From: a virus
Taxonomy: Duplodnaviria; Caudoviricetes
Reading direction: 5' to 3' (one strand)
Virus record (IMG/VR): IMGVR_UViG_3300023103_000007
Location: 1-52,332 of that record
DNA: 52,332 nt
The position numbers and the translations under genes are program-made. Shown piece after piece: positions 1 to 8,752 of this stretch; within the stretch, counting starts at the first letter, position 1, and every line of letters starts with the position of its first letter. Under the pieces are notes generated by a model, which ran no database searches, was not told the origin of the DNA, and saw only the letters and a program-made list of their open reading frames with translations.

Positions 1-167
1 CTGCCCCTGCTGCTGCCCCTGCTGCTTCCCATGCTGCTTCTGCTGCTGCCCCTGCTGCTGTCCCCGCTGCTTCTGCTGCCCCTGCTGCTGCCCCTGCTGC
101 TGCCCCTGCTGCTTCCCATGCTGCTTCTGCTGCTGCTTCTGCTGCCCTTGCTGCTTCCCATGCTGCT
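1..167. repeat. Terminal direct repeat (circular assembly overlap), copy 1
   Basis: 1-167 matches 52166-52332 except at positions 52, 156 and 162; it lies in low-complexity CTG/CCC codon repeats. Confidence 0.9.
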
Positions 168-721
168 GCCCTTGCTGCTTCTGCTACTTCTGCTGCTGCC
201 AATGCTGCCCTTGCTGCTTCCCATGCTGCTTCTGCTGCTGACCGTGCTGCCCTTGCTGCTTCCCAATCGTCAGTGCTCACAGTTCCGCCATTTGCTGACA
301 ATTCGTGAAGATCAATCACTTTTTGCACGACTTCTTTCGACGTTCCTGCGTGTTGATATGCGATCCGTAAGATTGCAATCTGGGTGCGGTGATACGCTTT
401 CTGCCAGTCATAATCTTCGGGCAATAATGCCAATGCATCGGCTGCCTGCTTGTACCAGTATCTGTTTTGCCCGTCCGGCAAGCCTTCAGAAATGGTATCC
501 TGTAGCCTCCACCACCATTCAGGCGGCCCGAAATATTCTTCTAGGTGAGCGTGATAGTCTTCGCGTTCAGGGTCAATGTCGTGAGATAGACAGCCCACAG
601 AGCAACCTTTAAAGCTGCCATCTGTCTCGCCATAAGTGCCTTTAATCAGCATATCTGCGGCAAGATGTTTTGCGGCCAGTTCGACGTGTAATTTCTTGCG
701 TTCTTCGTAATTCATTTTCAT
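1..721 (-). CDS. Hypothetical phage protein with Ala-rich AAW/AAR/AAE repeats, 5' part (continues at 52165-52095)
   Basis: Not in the ORF track. ATG at 721 follows GAGGA; MKMNYEERKKLHVELAAKHLAADMLIKGTYGETDGSFKGCSVGCLSH...DDWEAARAARSAAEAAWEAA stays open to the contig edge. Merged across the overlap it is 264 codons. Confidence 0.8.
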   Translation of the reverse strand, partial: MKMNYEERKKLHVELAAKHLAADMLIKGTYGETDGSFKGCSVGCLSHDIDPEREDYHAHLEEYFGPPEWWWRLQDTISEGLPDGQNRYWYKQAADALALLPEDYDWQKAYHRTQIAILRIAYQHAGTSKEVVQKVIDLHELSANGGTVSTDDWEAARAARSAAEAAWEAARAALAAAEVAEAARAAAWEAARAAEAAAEAAWEAAGAAAGAAAGAAEAAGTAAGAAAEAAWEAAGAAAGA

Positions 722-743
722 TATCCTCTTTATCCTTATGACA

Positions 744-772
744 ACTCTAATCTAGCATATAAAAAGTAACAA
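744..772 (-). promoter_or_regulatory. Candidate sigma70 promoter for the Ala-repeat gene
   Basis: TTGTTA-N17-TAGAGT on the minus strand, upstream of ATG 721. Confidence 0.35.
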
Positions 773-776
773 AACG

Positions 777-1106
777 TTATAATTCGGCTTTCCGTTCAAA
801 GGTCAGTTGATTTAAAGCGTTGTAACGCTTTAAGAAAATGTCAGAACGTGCATTAACATAGTTAGTAACACCAACACCTATAAGACCGCTGTTAGATGCG
901 TGTACCATGACCTTTTCTCTTATTTTAGTAGTGCGTCTGACAATGTTGCATAATGTACCACTTGTGTTGCAATCTGCTATGATTTGTTCACGAGTCTTTC
1001 CATTAATTGCTGCGAGAATTACCAAAGCAAATTTATCCATAATCGTTATCCTACTCAAATCTGGGTTAATCGTGCTCGTATCCTTGGCCTCAGCTATCTT
1101 CCGCAA
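777..1106 (-). CDS. Hypothetical protein (island, possibly 5'-chimeric)
   Basis: 109-aa ORF just downstream of the 1133-1161 promoter; AT-rich island composition; start uncertain. Confidence 0.5.
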   Translation of the reverse strand: MRKIAEAKDTSTINPDLSRITIMDKFALVILAAINGKTREQIIADCNTSGTLCNIVRRTTKIREKVMVHASNSGLIGVGVTNYVNARSDIFLKRYNALNQLTFERKAEL

Positions 1107-1118
1107 TGCTTCCGATCC

Positions 1119-1177
1119 TGGCTGATATAACCACTATATCTCAATCTGTCAGGATTGTAAAGTGGTTATATCAGCCA
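1119..1177. repeat. Perfect 17-bp inverted repeat enclosing a promoter
   Basis: TGGCTGATATAACCACT (1119-1135) / AGTGGTTATATCAGCCA (1161-1177) with a 25-nt spacer. Confidence 0.9.
1133..1161 (-). promoter_or_regulatory. Phage sigma70-type promoter (TTTAC family)
   Basis: TTTACA-N17-TATAGT on the minus strand. Confidence 0.65.
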
Positions 1178-2608
1178 CTCACGATATTTGTCTCCCGTGA
1201 TGGTTGAGGCGATGTCTATCTTGTCCCTCAATGCTCTTATCACTCTCTCATCTATGGTTCCTGGGACATACAGATCTGTGTATGTCACTGACTTCTTCTG
1301 CCCCACACGATGAGCCCTGTCCTCGGACTGTATTCTTGTCTCCAGGTTATATCCATTGCTGTAGTATATGACATGACTGGCGGCAGTCCAGGTGTTTCCT
1401 CTTGCTCCTGTCTCGTTGGACACTATGAACCTGCACTCTGGGTCCTCCTGGAATCTGGTGGTGGCTCTCTCCCTGTCATCCAAGGTCGTTCCACCATGGA
1501 ACTCAACCACAGACTGTGGTCCATACACCTCCCTGATCTTATGTACGATAGTGTCGATGTCTGGACGATATGCAGACCATATTATCACCTTCCCACAGCT
1601 CTCCTCTATGACCTCCATCATCGTCTCCAGTCTGTTGTTCTGGAGATAGTGTAGATTGCCCTCCTCGTCCCTGACGTGACCACACAGTATCTGGTGCATC
1701 CTGGTCATCTGCTGCATCACCTGAGTAGCTGAGACAAAACTCCCCTCCCCGATCTCAGACTGTGCAGATCTCCTCACCTCATCGTACATTCTTCTCTGCT
1801 GTGGACTCAGCTCCACCTCCCTCATCGTGTAGATCTTGGGGGGTAGATCAAGACACTCCTCCTTGGTCACTCTGTATGAGTGTGGCTTTATCCTCCTGGC
1901 AAGATCCTCAGTATCTCTGTATGCAACCGGCACCTTCACTACTCTACCACCAACATACTTCTCCTCTATCACTGCGTATCTTGCCCTGAAAGAGAAGTAG
2001 GACGAGAACCCCAGCATCCTTCTTCCCAGGAACTCAAACTGAGAGTATATGTCCAGAGGTGATCTCGTTGCTGGGGATCCAGTCATTATTCTCCTCACTG
2101 CGCAGTGTCTTGATATCTCCACAGCTCTCTTAGTCCTCGTAGATGTTGGATTCTTAATCGTGGTACTCTCATCCAGGTACACAGCTGCAGGTCCTGATGA
2201 GACATGCCTCAGGGCACACTTAAGTGCCTTGTCTCCTGATGACATAGCCTCGATATTCATTATCAACACATATGGTCTGTCGCTGTTGAGCAACTTATTT
2301 AGTTTCACCTGATGAGCAGAAGACCCCCCTCCTGGTCTCCACTCTACTATCTCACATGAACTCCTGACGCTGTCTGGCATGTGCGTGGGTATCTCCCTGA
2401 GCAGCCAGTTCATGTAAACAGCCTTTGGTGCGAGTATCAATACTCTGGTGACTGAACCTGCTAGAATCAGCTTTGACATCTCATCAATGGCAACCTTGGT
2501 CTTCCCAGCACCCATCTCCATCAGCCAGGCGAATCCCTCTCTGCCCTCTGCCTGACGCAGTGCCTCTCTCTGGTGGTTATATGGTCTAGTCTTGTACTCG
2601 TATATCAT
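1166..2608 (-). CDS. SNF2-family (SF2) helicase
   Basis: MEMGAGKT Walker A, DEST, MTGSP, and QSEDRAHRVGQ motif VI. Confidence 0.93.
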   Translation of the reverse strand: MIYEYKTRPYNHQREALRQAEGREGFAWLMEMGAGKTKVAIDEMSKLILAGSVTRVLILAPKAVYMNWLLREIPTHMPDSVRSSCEIVEWRPGGGSSAHQVKLNKLLNSDRPYVLIMNIEAMSSGDKALKCALRHVSSGPAAVYLDESTTIKNPTSTRTKRAVEISRHCAVRRIMTGSPATRSPLDIYSQFEFLGRRMLGFSSYFSFRARYAVIEEKYVGGRVVKVPVAYRDTEDLARRIKPHSYRVTKEECLDLPPKIYTMREVELSPQQRRMYDEVRRSAQSEIGEGSFVSATQVMQQMTRMHQILCGHVRDEEGNLHYLQNNRLETMMEVIEESCGKVIIWSAYRPDIDTIVHKIREVYGPQSVVEFHGGTTLDDRERATTRFQEDPECRFIVSNETGARGNTWTAASHVIYYSNGYNLETRIQSEDRAHRVGQKKSVTYTDLYVPGTIDERVIRALRDKIDIASTITGDKYREWLI

Positions 2609-2629
2609 CTATGTATCTCCCTTGTCGAC

Positions 2630-2658
2630 AGTATAGCTCGGGGGTTACTGTGGCACAA
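2630..2658 (-). promoter_or_regulatory. Candidate promoter of the SNF2 helicase
   Basis: TTGTGC-N17-TATACT, followed by RBS AAGGGAG before ATG 2608. Confidence 0.45.
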
Positions 2659-2771
2659 TATGCGCGATAGTCGGGGGTTACCGTGAAGGTATTGTTTTAG
2701 AACTCACACTGATCAGGCAATAGGGAAGTAATATGTTGCAAACCCCTACAGTGCTTGTGTATGCATCCTTG

Positions 2772-2848
2772 TGCTATTAGTATATTACTTATAACGTGAG
2801 AATTTTATAAAAGTTAGCCTCGCGGGCGCGCACGTGAGTAAGTAATAG
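2772..2848 (+). repeat. AT-rich plus CG-rich element, copy A (origin-like; inverted copy at 27591-27673)
   Basis: Blocks shared in inverted orientation: TGCTATTAGTATATTACTTATAACG (24/25), TTAGCCTCGCGGGCGCG (17/17) and TAAGTAATAG (10/10). Confidence 0.85.
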
Positions 2849-2871
2849 TTTACTAGGTTCAATTCTTACGC

Positions 2872-2900
2872 TTTACTTCTCTGCAAACCTGGACTATAGC
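2872..2900 (+). promoter_or_regulatory. Phage promoter (TTTAC family) for the replication operon
   Basis: TTTACT-N17-TATAGC. Confidence 0.6.
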
Positions 2901-2920
2901 TTCTATGTGTCGATTATACC

Positions 2921-3550
2921 ATGAGGGAGAATTCGATGAGAACTATTGATGATGACGAGATAGTGGGGTTCACTCATGCCCCGAGCGAGCAGGAGTCCCT
3001 TTCACTCACTGAGCTTGGTGTAAGACTCTACGTGGTTGACTCTGCGATTGCTGATGCTGAGACTCTCATCGAGAGACTGAGGGAGGAGAAGAGGAAGATC
3101 TCTCACGAGGATCTTCCTCGAAAGATGCAGGAGTTGGGTCAGGACAATATTGGTCTTCCTAGTCAGGGTGTAGACCTGCGTCTAGAGCCGTACTATCATG
3201 CGAACATTGCCGCCTCATGGGAGGCTGAGAGGAAGGACGCAGCTTTCCGCTACCTGGAGGACAGTGGTAATGGAGACCTCATAAAGACTAATCTTGTCAT
3301 ATCCTTCCCCCGACGAGCCAAGCACAAGGCGGACTGGCTACTTGGGGTCATAGATAGAGTTAAGCAGCTCATCGAGAGTGAGGGCGGTGAGGTGCATGAT
3401 GTGCCGGTTCCCTCTGTTGAGATGACTGTTCCCTGGAATACCCTGACGGCTTTCGTCAGGGAGCAAGTCGAGAGTGGTGAGCCCATCGATCTCGATGTAC
3501 TTGGTGCAACGGTGGGCAGTGTCGTTAAGATAAAGAAGAGGAAGTCCTGA
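2921..3550 (+). CDS. Phage replication-module protein of unknown function
   Basis: Coiled-coil N-terminus, then AFRYLEDSGNGDLIK and VPWNTLTAFVREQVESG, a pattern typical of the gene preceding the SSB-like gene in such modules; the start may be ATG 2936. Confidence 0.7.
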   Translation: MRENSMRTIDDDEIVGFTHAPSEQESLSLTELGVRLYVVDSAIADAETLIERLREEKRKISHEDLPRKMQELGQDNIGLPSQGVDLRLEPYYHANIAASWEAERKDAAFRYLEDSGNGDLIKTNLVISFPRRAKHKADWLLGVIDRVKQLIESEGGEVHDVPVPSVEMTVPWNTLTAFVREQVESGEPIDLDVLGATVGSVVKIKKRKS

Positions 3551-4377
3551 TGTCTAAGAGTGAAGTAGTTGCTGCAGAGAAGAGCAGCCAGGTGGTTGCA
3601 GTTGCTGGTCTGGAGCAGATCAGTGATGATGTACTTGGTGAGATAAGTGGTCTGGAGGGTGTCGGTCTCTCTGACTCCGTTGAGGATCGTGGTACTCCTC
3701 TGCTGTATATTGCACAGAAGAACAGCCGACAGGTCAACAAGCGTGCACCTGAGTACATTGATGGTCTTGAGGCTGGTATGGCCTTCAACAACTTGACTGG
3801 CAAGTTCTACGATGCTGAGGGTGACGGTGTAGACGTGTATGTCTGCTTCTTCAAGCCAGTCTGGATTGAGTGGACACCTGTTGATGCTGGTGGTGGGTTC
3901 CATGGCATCTACGATCGTGACCACGAGATTGCTCGTACTGGTCGTCAGCGGGAGGGTCGCTCAGACATCATCGATCTTCCTAATGGTCACGAGCTCGTGC
4001 TGACTCATCAGTACTATGCAGTGCTGGCAGATAGTATGCAGCCAATCGTTATACCAATGTCCTCGTCCAACCTGAAGGCATCTCAGAAGCTGCAGAACCT
4101 CATTGGTGAGCGTAAGGCGCAGACCTCGTCAGGTCGAGTTGTTACTCTTCCTGCCTACTTCACCAAGTTTAAGATCAAGACTGTGTACTCGGAGAACGAG
4201 AAGGGAGACTGGTTCCGCATGGTCGTTCAGGCCGCTGGTCCTGTCGAGGATCCGTCTGTCCGTGAGTTCTGCAAGCAGTTTGCTCTTGCCTGTCAGCGAA
4301 ATGAGGTGGATGTCGCTCAGCCGATCGACAATACACCCCTGGACTCAGTTGTCCCTGATGATGACATCCCTGTGTGA
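3550..4377 (+). CDS. Putative ssDNA-binding/annealing protein
   Basis: PLLYIAQKNSRQV, NEKGDWF and an acidic DDDIPV C-terminal tail; lies before the primase. Confidence 0.6.
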   Translation: MSKSEVVAAEKSSQVVAVAGLEQISDDVLGEISGLEGVGLSDSVEDRGTPLLYIAQKNSRQVNKRAPEYIDGLEAGMAFNNLTGKFYDAEGDGVDVYVCFFKPVWIEWTPVDAGGGFHGIYDRDHEIARTGRQREGRSDIIDLPNGHELVLTHQYYAVLADSMQPIVIPMSSSNLKASQKLQNLIGERKAQTSSGRVVTLPAYFTKFKIKTVYSENEKGDWFRMVVQAAGPVEDPSVREFCKQFALACQRNEVDVAQPIDNTPLDSVVPDDDIPV

Positions 4378-4387
4378 CAGCGACACT

Positions 4388-4407
4388 GGGGAGGGACACC
4401 CCTCCCC
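4388..4407 (+). terminator. Intergenic hairpin (weak terminator or processing site)
   Basis: GGGGAGGG-ACAC-CCCTCCCC with no U-tract; contains the CCCTCCCCG motif. Confidence 0.4.
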
Positions 4408-4434
4408 GATCGCCCTATCTCACAGTGAGGAATC

Positions 4435-5958
4435 ATGGACAGTACAGACAGGATTATGAGGCTCTTTGAGGGCTATGACATGGCTTATGGTACTCATGGT
4501 GCTATGAGTCAGAACGATACCAAGGGTGGGAAGCAGGAGATCAAGAAGACAGCCAGGACTGTGGCAGGGAGAGTAACTCGTGAGATCTGGGAGAGTCATC
4601 TCTCTGGTGATAACCCTCTTGGTGTCATTCCCATAAGATCGGACAATACGTGTCTGTGGGGTTGTATAGATGTTGACAAGTATGACATGCATCTTGGTGA
4701 AGTTGTCAAGAAGATAGAGTCATCTAAGTTTCCTCTTGTGGTGTGCAGGACAAAGTCGGGTGGCGCGCATCTGTTCCTCTTCTTGACTGAGCCAGCTCCT
4801 GCGGAGCAGGTGAGGATAAGACTCAGGGAGATGGCCGCAAGCATGGGATGGGGAGACTGTGAGGTGTTCCCGAAGCAGTCTAGGGTTATGACTGACCGAG
4901 GAGATCTGGGTAACTGGCTCAACATGCCCTATCTTGGTGGCGATGAGACCACCAGGTATGGTGTCAAGGAGAGTGGCAGTGGCATGGTGCTCTCTGAGTT
5001 TCTCTCCTGGGCTGAGTCGAGAAGGGTGAGCCCATCTAGTCTTGGTAGAGTCAGGATACCTCAGCCTGAGGACGAGACCTTAGACGATGGTCCGCCGTGT
5101 CTTCAGCATCTTGCGTCTGTGGGGTTTCCTGAGGGAACGAGGAACAATGGTCTCTTTGGTCTGGGTGTGTTCTGCAAGAGGAAGTTTGGCTCTCGGTGGC
5201 GTGAGATGCTGGAGAAGTACAACAGAGAGTACATGAGACCCCCCCTCTCGTCTGAGGAGGTCATGTCAACTATAAAGAATCTCGACAGACAGGAGTATGG
5301 TTACAAGTGCAGTGATCAGCCCTGTGTCTCATACTGCAACTCTACTCTGTGCAGGACTAGGAAGTTTGGTATTGGCTCGTCATCTGACTATCCTAGCATA
5401 TCAGGTCTGTCGAAGCTGGACAGTGATCCCGCAATATGGTTCATGGACATAGATGATGAGAGAATAGAGCTGACTACTAGGCAGCTCCAGAGCTACAGGG
5501 AGTTTCACACTGTCTGCATGGAGCGCCTTACGATATGCTACAAGATGCTGAAGCAGGACACATGGATGGACATGGTTCGTCTTGCAATGGAGGGAGCCTC
5601 AATAATTGAGCTTCCTCCTGAGGCTAAGAACGAGGGTCACTTCAGGGAGTTGCTTGAGGACTTCTGTGTCAATAGACATGCAGCTCAGGCTAGGGATGAG
5701 ATATTTGATGGGAAGCCTTTTCATGATGAGGAGGATGGGAACATCTACTTCAAGCTCAGCTCCCTCATGGACTTTCTCGACAGGCACAACTTCAAGGTAT
5801 GGGGTCGTAACAAAGTGTCTCATGCTGTTCTAACCATTGGTGGAAAGAAGTTCCTGAACATTAGAGGAAAGGGCGTCAACGTTTTCTGGGTGAGGGCATT
5901 AGAGTTTGTTGCTGTTCCACAGAGATCGGTGCCAGCTACACAGGAGGAGCCAGTATGA
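4435..5958 (+). CDS. AEP-superfamily primase(-polymerase) with PriCT-like domain
   Basis: CIDVD (DxD), TKSGGAHLF, EVFPKQ; then EGTRNNGLF...PPLSSEEV (PriCT-like) and a Cys cluster. Confidence 0.85.
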   Translation: MDSTDRIMRLFEGYDMAYGTHGAMSQNDTKGGKQEIKKTARTVAGRVTREIWESHLSGDNPLGVIPIRSDNTCLWGCIDVDKYDMHLGEVVKKIESSKFPLVVCRTKSGGAHLFLFLTEPAPAEQVRIRLREMAASMGWGDCEVFPKQSRVMTDRGDLGNWLNMPYLGGDETTRYGVKESGSGMVLSEFLSWAESRRVSPSSLGRVRIPQPEDETLDDGPPCLQHLASVGFPEGTRNNGLFGLGVFCKRKFGSRWREMLEKYNREYMRPPLSSEEVMSTIKNLDRQEYGYKCSDQPCVSYCNSTLCRTRKFGIGSSSDYPSISGLSKLDSDPAIWFMDIDDERIELTTRQLQSYREFHTVCMERLTICYKMLKQDTWMDMVRLAMEGASIIELPPEAKNEGHFRELLEDFCVNRHAAQARDEIFDGKPFHDEEDGNIYFKLSSLMDFLDRHNFKVWGRNKVSHAVLTIGGKKFLNIRGKGVNVFWVRALEFVAVPQRSVPATQEEPV

Positions 5959-6263
5959 CACAGCCGACAGAGAGGAAGATCTGGGAGATAGAGATGAGGA
6001 TCAGGAGTATTGAGGATGCTCTTGAGTGCAACCATCTTCGTAGTATCTGTGTTGAGCGGAGGGGTGACTTGGATCATGGATACAGGGATCTTGGTACTCT
6101 GGTGGGATCCTGTGGACTCAACATGGAGTCACTCTCCAGGGAGGTTGTCTCGGTGGTCAGGGGTATACTCAGGTTGAGACTGGAGGAATCGAGAGTGGAG
6201 ATTGGTCACTATCGTGGCATTCTGAGACAGAGACAGAGAGAGGAGCAGGCTAGTGGATCCTGA
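5955..6263 (+). CDS. Hypothetical protein
   Basis: ATGA overlap with the primase; GGAGGAG RBS. Confidence 0.65.
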   Translation: MTQPTERKIWEIEMRIRSIEDALECNHLRSICVERRGDLDHGYRDLGTLVGSCGLNMESLSREVVSVVRGILRLRLEESRVEIGHYRGILRQRQREEQASGS

Positions 6264-7755
6264 GATTATACTTGGTCCTCCGGGAACAGGAAAGACCACT
6301 CGTCTTCTCTCTGAGGTTGAGAGGGAGCTTGCATCTGGTGTTGCTCCTGACAGGATTGGATATGTCTCCTTCACGAAGAGGGCGGCGAGAGAGGCTGTGG
6401 AGAGAGCCTGTAAGAAGTTCTCTCTGTCAGACAGGGACCTGCCTCACTTTCGCACTCTCCACTCCATGTGTTTCAGGTGCTTGGGTCTGTCCAACAGCGA
6501 CATTCTCGAGGGGAAGAAGGTTGTGGAGTTTGGTCGCTGGCTCGGCATAGAGATGAGCGAGATGGTCTCCATGGAGGAGGGTAGCTCGTTTGGTTTCAAG
6601 GATGGTGATCGAGCACTGTTCATGGAGAATCTCTCCAGGGTCAGGAGGATTCCTCTCAGGCAGCAGTATGATGAGGCACACGACTCTCTGCCATGGCATA
6701 TGGTTGAGCGTGTTGGCAGGGGTCTCTCTCAGTATAAGAGGGATCATCATCTAGTGGACTACACTGACATGCTCAGGATGTTCTGCGAGTCAGACACGTA
6801 TGCTCCCAGTCTTGAGGTTCTATTCGTAGACGAGGCACAGGATCTGTCTCCCCTGCAGTGGGATGTAGTGTGGAAGCTAGCTCTGGACGCCAGGAGGGTT
6901 GTCATCGCTGGCGACGATGATCAGGCCATCTACAGGTGGGCGGGTGCAGATGTCGAGAAGTTCGTGGACATGGATGGGGATGTTACAGTTCTTGGTCAGT
7001 CCTGGAGGGTTCCCTCATCTGTACAGGCAGTTAGCGCTGGCATCCTCTCCAGGCTTCACAGGCGGCGAGATAAAGCCTGGTCGCCTAGGGTAGCAGAGGG
7101 GGTTGTTACACGAGTGCCTGACTTCTGGAGCGCTGACCTGTCGGGTCCTGACGTACTGGTACTGGTGCGTAACGCGTTTGTAGCCCGCAGTATAATGCCT
7201 CACCTGTCCAGAGAGGGTGTTGTCTATGAGTGGAGGGGTCACCCATCAATAAGACAGAGCACCGTTGACGCTGTGCGACTCTGGGAGACACTCCGCAGGG
7301 GAGAGGCAGTGACGGTCGATGAGGCCAGGCAGGTCTACAGCTTGATGTCCTCTGGAACTGGTGTCCGGAGAGGGTTCAAGGAGTTGAAGGGTCTCCCCCC
7401 GACTGACCTCATTGGTATAGGTGATCTCAGGGAGAGAGGTGGTCTGGTCAGGGATGACATATGGCATCAGGCTCTTGAGAGGATACCAGCGGACGAGAGG
7501 AGCTATATGATTCGAGCCAGGAGACGTGGTGAGTCTCTCCTGTCCAGACCAAGGGTGAGAGTCTCCACTATACATGGGTCCAAGGGTGGTGAGGCTGATC
7601 ATGTTGTCATACTCACTGACATGGCCGCGAGGACACATGCAGAGATGATGACTAGTCCTGATGATGAGGCTCGTGTGTGGTATGTTGGTGTGACTCGTGC
7701 CAGGGAGAGACTCACAATAGTGGAGCCCTCAAGTAAGACGAATTTCAGGATCTAA
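6253..7755 (+). CDS. UvrD/Rep-like SF1 helicase
   Basis: GPPGTGKTT, DEAQD, GDDDQAIY, STIHGSKGGEAD, YVGVTRA. Confidence 0.95.
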   Translation: MDPEIILGPPGTGKTTRLLSEVERELASGVAPDRIGYVSFTKRAAREAVERACKKFSLSDRDLPHFRTLHSMCFRCLGLSNSDILEGKKVVEFGRWLGIEMSEMVSMEEGSSFGFKDGDRALFMENLSRVRRIPLRQQYDEAHDSLPWHMVERVGRGLSQYKRDHHLVDYTDMLRMFCESDTYAPSLEVLFVDEAQDLSPLQWDVVWKLALDARRVVIAGDDDQAIYRWAGADVEKFVDMDGDVTVLGQSWRVPSSVQAVSAGILSRLHRRRDKAWSPRVAEGVVTRVPDFWSADLSGPDVLVLVRNAFVARSIMPHLSREGVVYEWRGHPSIRQSTVDAVRLWETLRRGEAVTVDEARQVYSLMSSGTGVRRGFKELKGLPPTDLIGIGDLRERGGLVRDDIWHQALERIPADERSYMIRARRRGESLLSRPRVRVSTIHGSKGGEADHVVILTDMAARTHAEMMTSPDDEARVWYVGVTRARERLTIVEPSSKTNFRI

Positions 7756-7763
7756 TCTGGGGC

Positions 7764-7792
7764 TTTACATTCTTGCCCAGATGGGCTATACT
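7764..7792 (+). promoter_or_regulatory. Phage promoter (TTTAC family)
   Basis: TTTACA-N17-TATACT. Confidence 0.7.
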
Positions 7793-7796
7793 CACT

Positions 7797-8504
7797 GTGA
7801 ACTGGGGATGTGTCTTGGTGTGCTTAGCAGTAACACGACAGGGTTTTGGTGACATATGGGCTCTTGAGAGCTTTGAGGAAGCCGACACCCATCCTCTTAT
7901 TCAGTATGGCGATGCCAAGATGTGTGGTCCTCAGGATATCTTGAGGCAGTACAACACTCTTGAGCTACCAAGGCTAGTTGGGATGACCGGAGACTCCGTG
8001 CTCATCCAGGACTATGACCAGTACGTTCCAAGAAGGAGTGATGCTCCAGTAGGAAGAGTAAGGTCAGCGGCTGAGGGCTATGCTGACAGGATATGGCGCG
8101 CTCTACTGAGGGCAGCAAGACCAGTTCCAACTGATCCAGCAGAGATCTGCAGGATAGTGGTCATGGATAGAAAGACAATCAAGGAGGTCAAGATGACTGA
8201 TCAAGACACTGCTGGCCAGGTAGAGGGTCAGGTTAAAGAGAAGAAGGTTCGTGAACCAAAACCTGATACGTTTCCGCTGACTGGTACGATTCATCTGCTC
8301 CAGGATAAGGAGGGTAATCAGTACCACGGCACTGATCGGAACCCTAAACGTCCTGGTACAAAGGCACATGAGGCCTTTGCGAAGTATCAGGATGGCATGA
8401 GTGTTCAGCAGTTTGTTGACGCAGTTGGCAACAAGACTGAGGCCTTTGCTCACCTGAAGAACGATACCAACGAGAAGAAGGCTTTTGTTCGGGTTGATGC
8501 CTGA
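7797..8504 (+). CDS. NPKR-domain protein 1 (strong internal in-frame start at 8193)
   Basis: C-terminal NPKRPGTKAHEAFAKYQDGMSVQQF; AAGGAGG-N5-ATG at 8193; upstream start uncertain. Confidence 0.65.
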   Translation: MNWGCVLVCLAVTRQGFGDIWALESFEEADTHPLIQYGDAKMCGPQDILRQYNTLELPRLVGMTGDSVLIQDYDQYVPRRSDAPVGRVRSAAEGYADRIWRALLRAARPVPTDPAEICRIVVMDRKTIKEVKMTDQDTAGQVEGQVKEKKVREPKPDTFPLTGTIHLLQDKEGNQYHGTDRNPKRPGTKAHEAFAKYQDGMSVQQFVDAVGNKTEAFAHLKNDTNEKKAFVRVDA

Positions 8505-8513
8505 CGGGGTCCA

Positions 8514-8590
8514 GTGCACCTAGCTCAACTGGTCAGAGCCGACCGCTCATAACGGTCTGGTTGGGGGTTCGAGTCCCTCGGTGCACACCA
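8514..8590 (+). tRNA. tRNA-Ile2 (CAT, lysidine type; may be auto-called Met)
   Basis: Cloverleaf: GTGCACC/GGTGCAC acceptor, GACCG-CTCATAA-CGGTC anticodon arm, TTCGAGT T-loop, A73, encoded CCA; paired 1:72 and no GGG/CCC fMet stem. Confidence 0.85.
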
Positions 8591-8675
8591 GTGAATCCGT
8601 CCCTGCAAGCAGTATAATGGCCCAGGTGTGATAAGGTGAGGTGAGATGTCCTCACGGCGGAGTTCTAGAGATTCA

Positions 8676-8752
8676 GGACACCTAGCTCAGCAGGACAGAG
8701 CAGCTGGCTCCTATCCAGCAGGTCGCAGGTTCGAGTCCTGCGGTGTTCGCCA
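8676..8752 (+). tRNA. tRNA-Arg (CCT)
   Basis: GGACACC/GGTGTTC acceptor, GCTGG-CTCCTAT-CCAGC anticodon arm, GCAGG-TTCGAGT-CCTGC T arm, CCA end. Confidence 0.92.

Noticed and set aside
1-265. CRISPR array, telomere or true terminal repeat
   Set aside because: These are codon-phase repeats inside a CDS with no unique spacers; the end duplication is best explained as assembly overlap.
31-612. 193-aa poly-Leu/Pro ORF on +
   Set aside because: It is the antisense shadow of the GCA-rich Ala-repeat gene, which has an RBS and a protein-like N-terminus.
8514-8590. tRNA-Met or tRNA-fMet
   Set aside because: No C1:A72 mismatch or GGG/CCC anticodon stem, and the body resembles proteobacterial Ile2. Elongator Met is not fully excluded.
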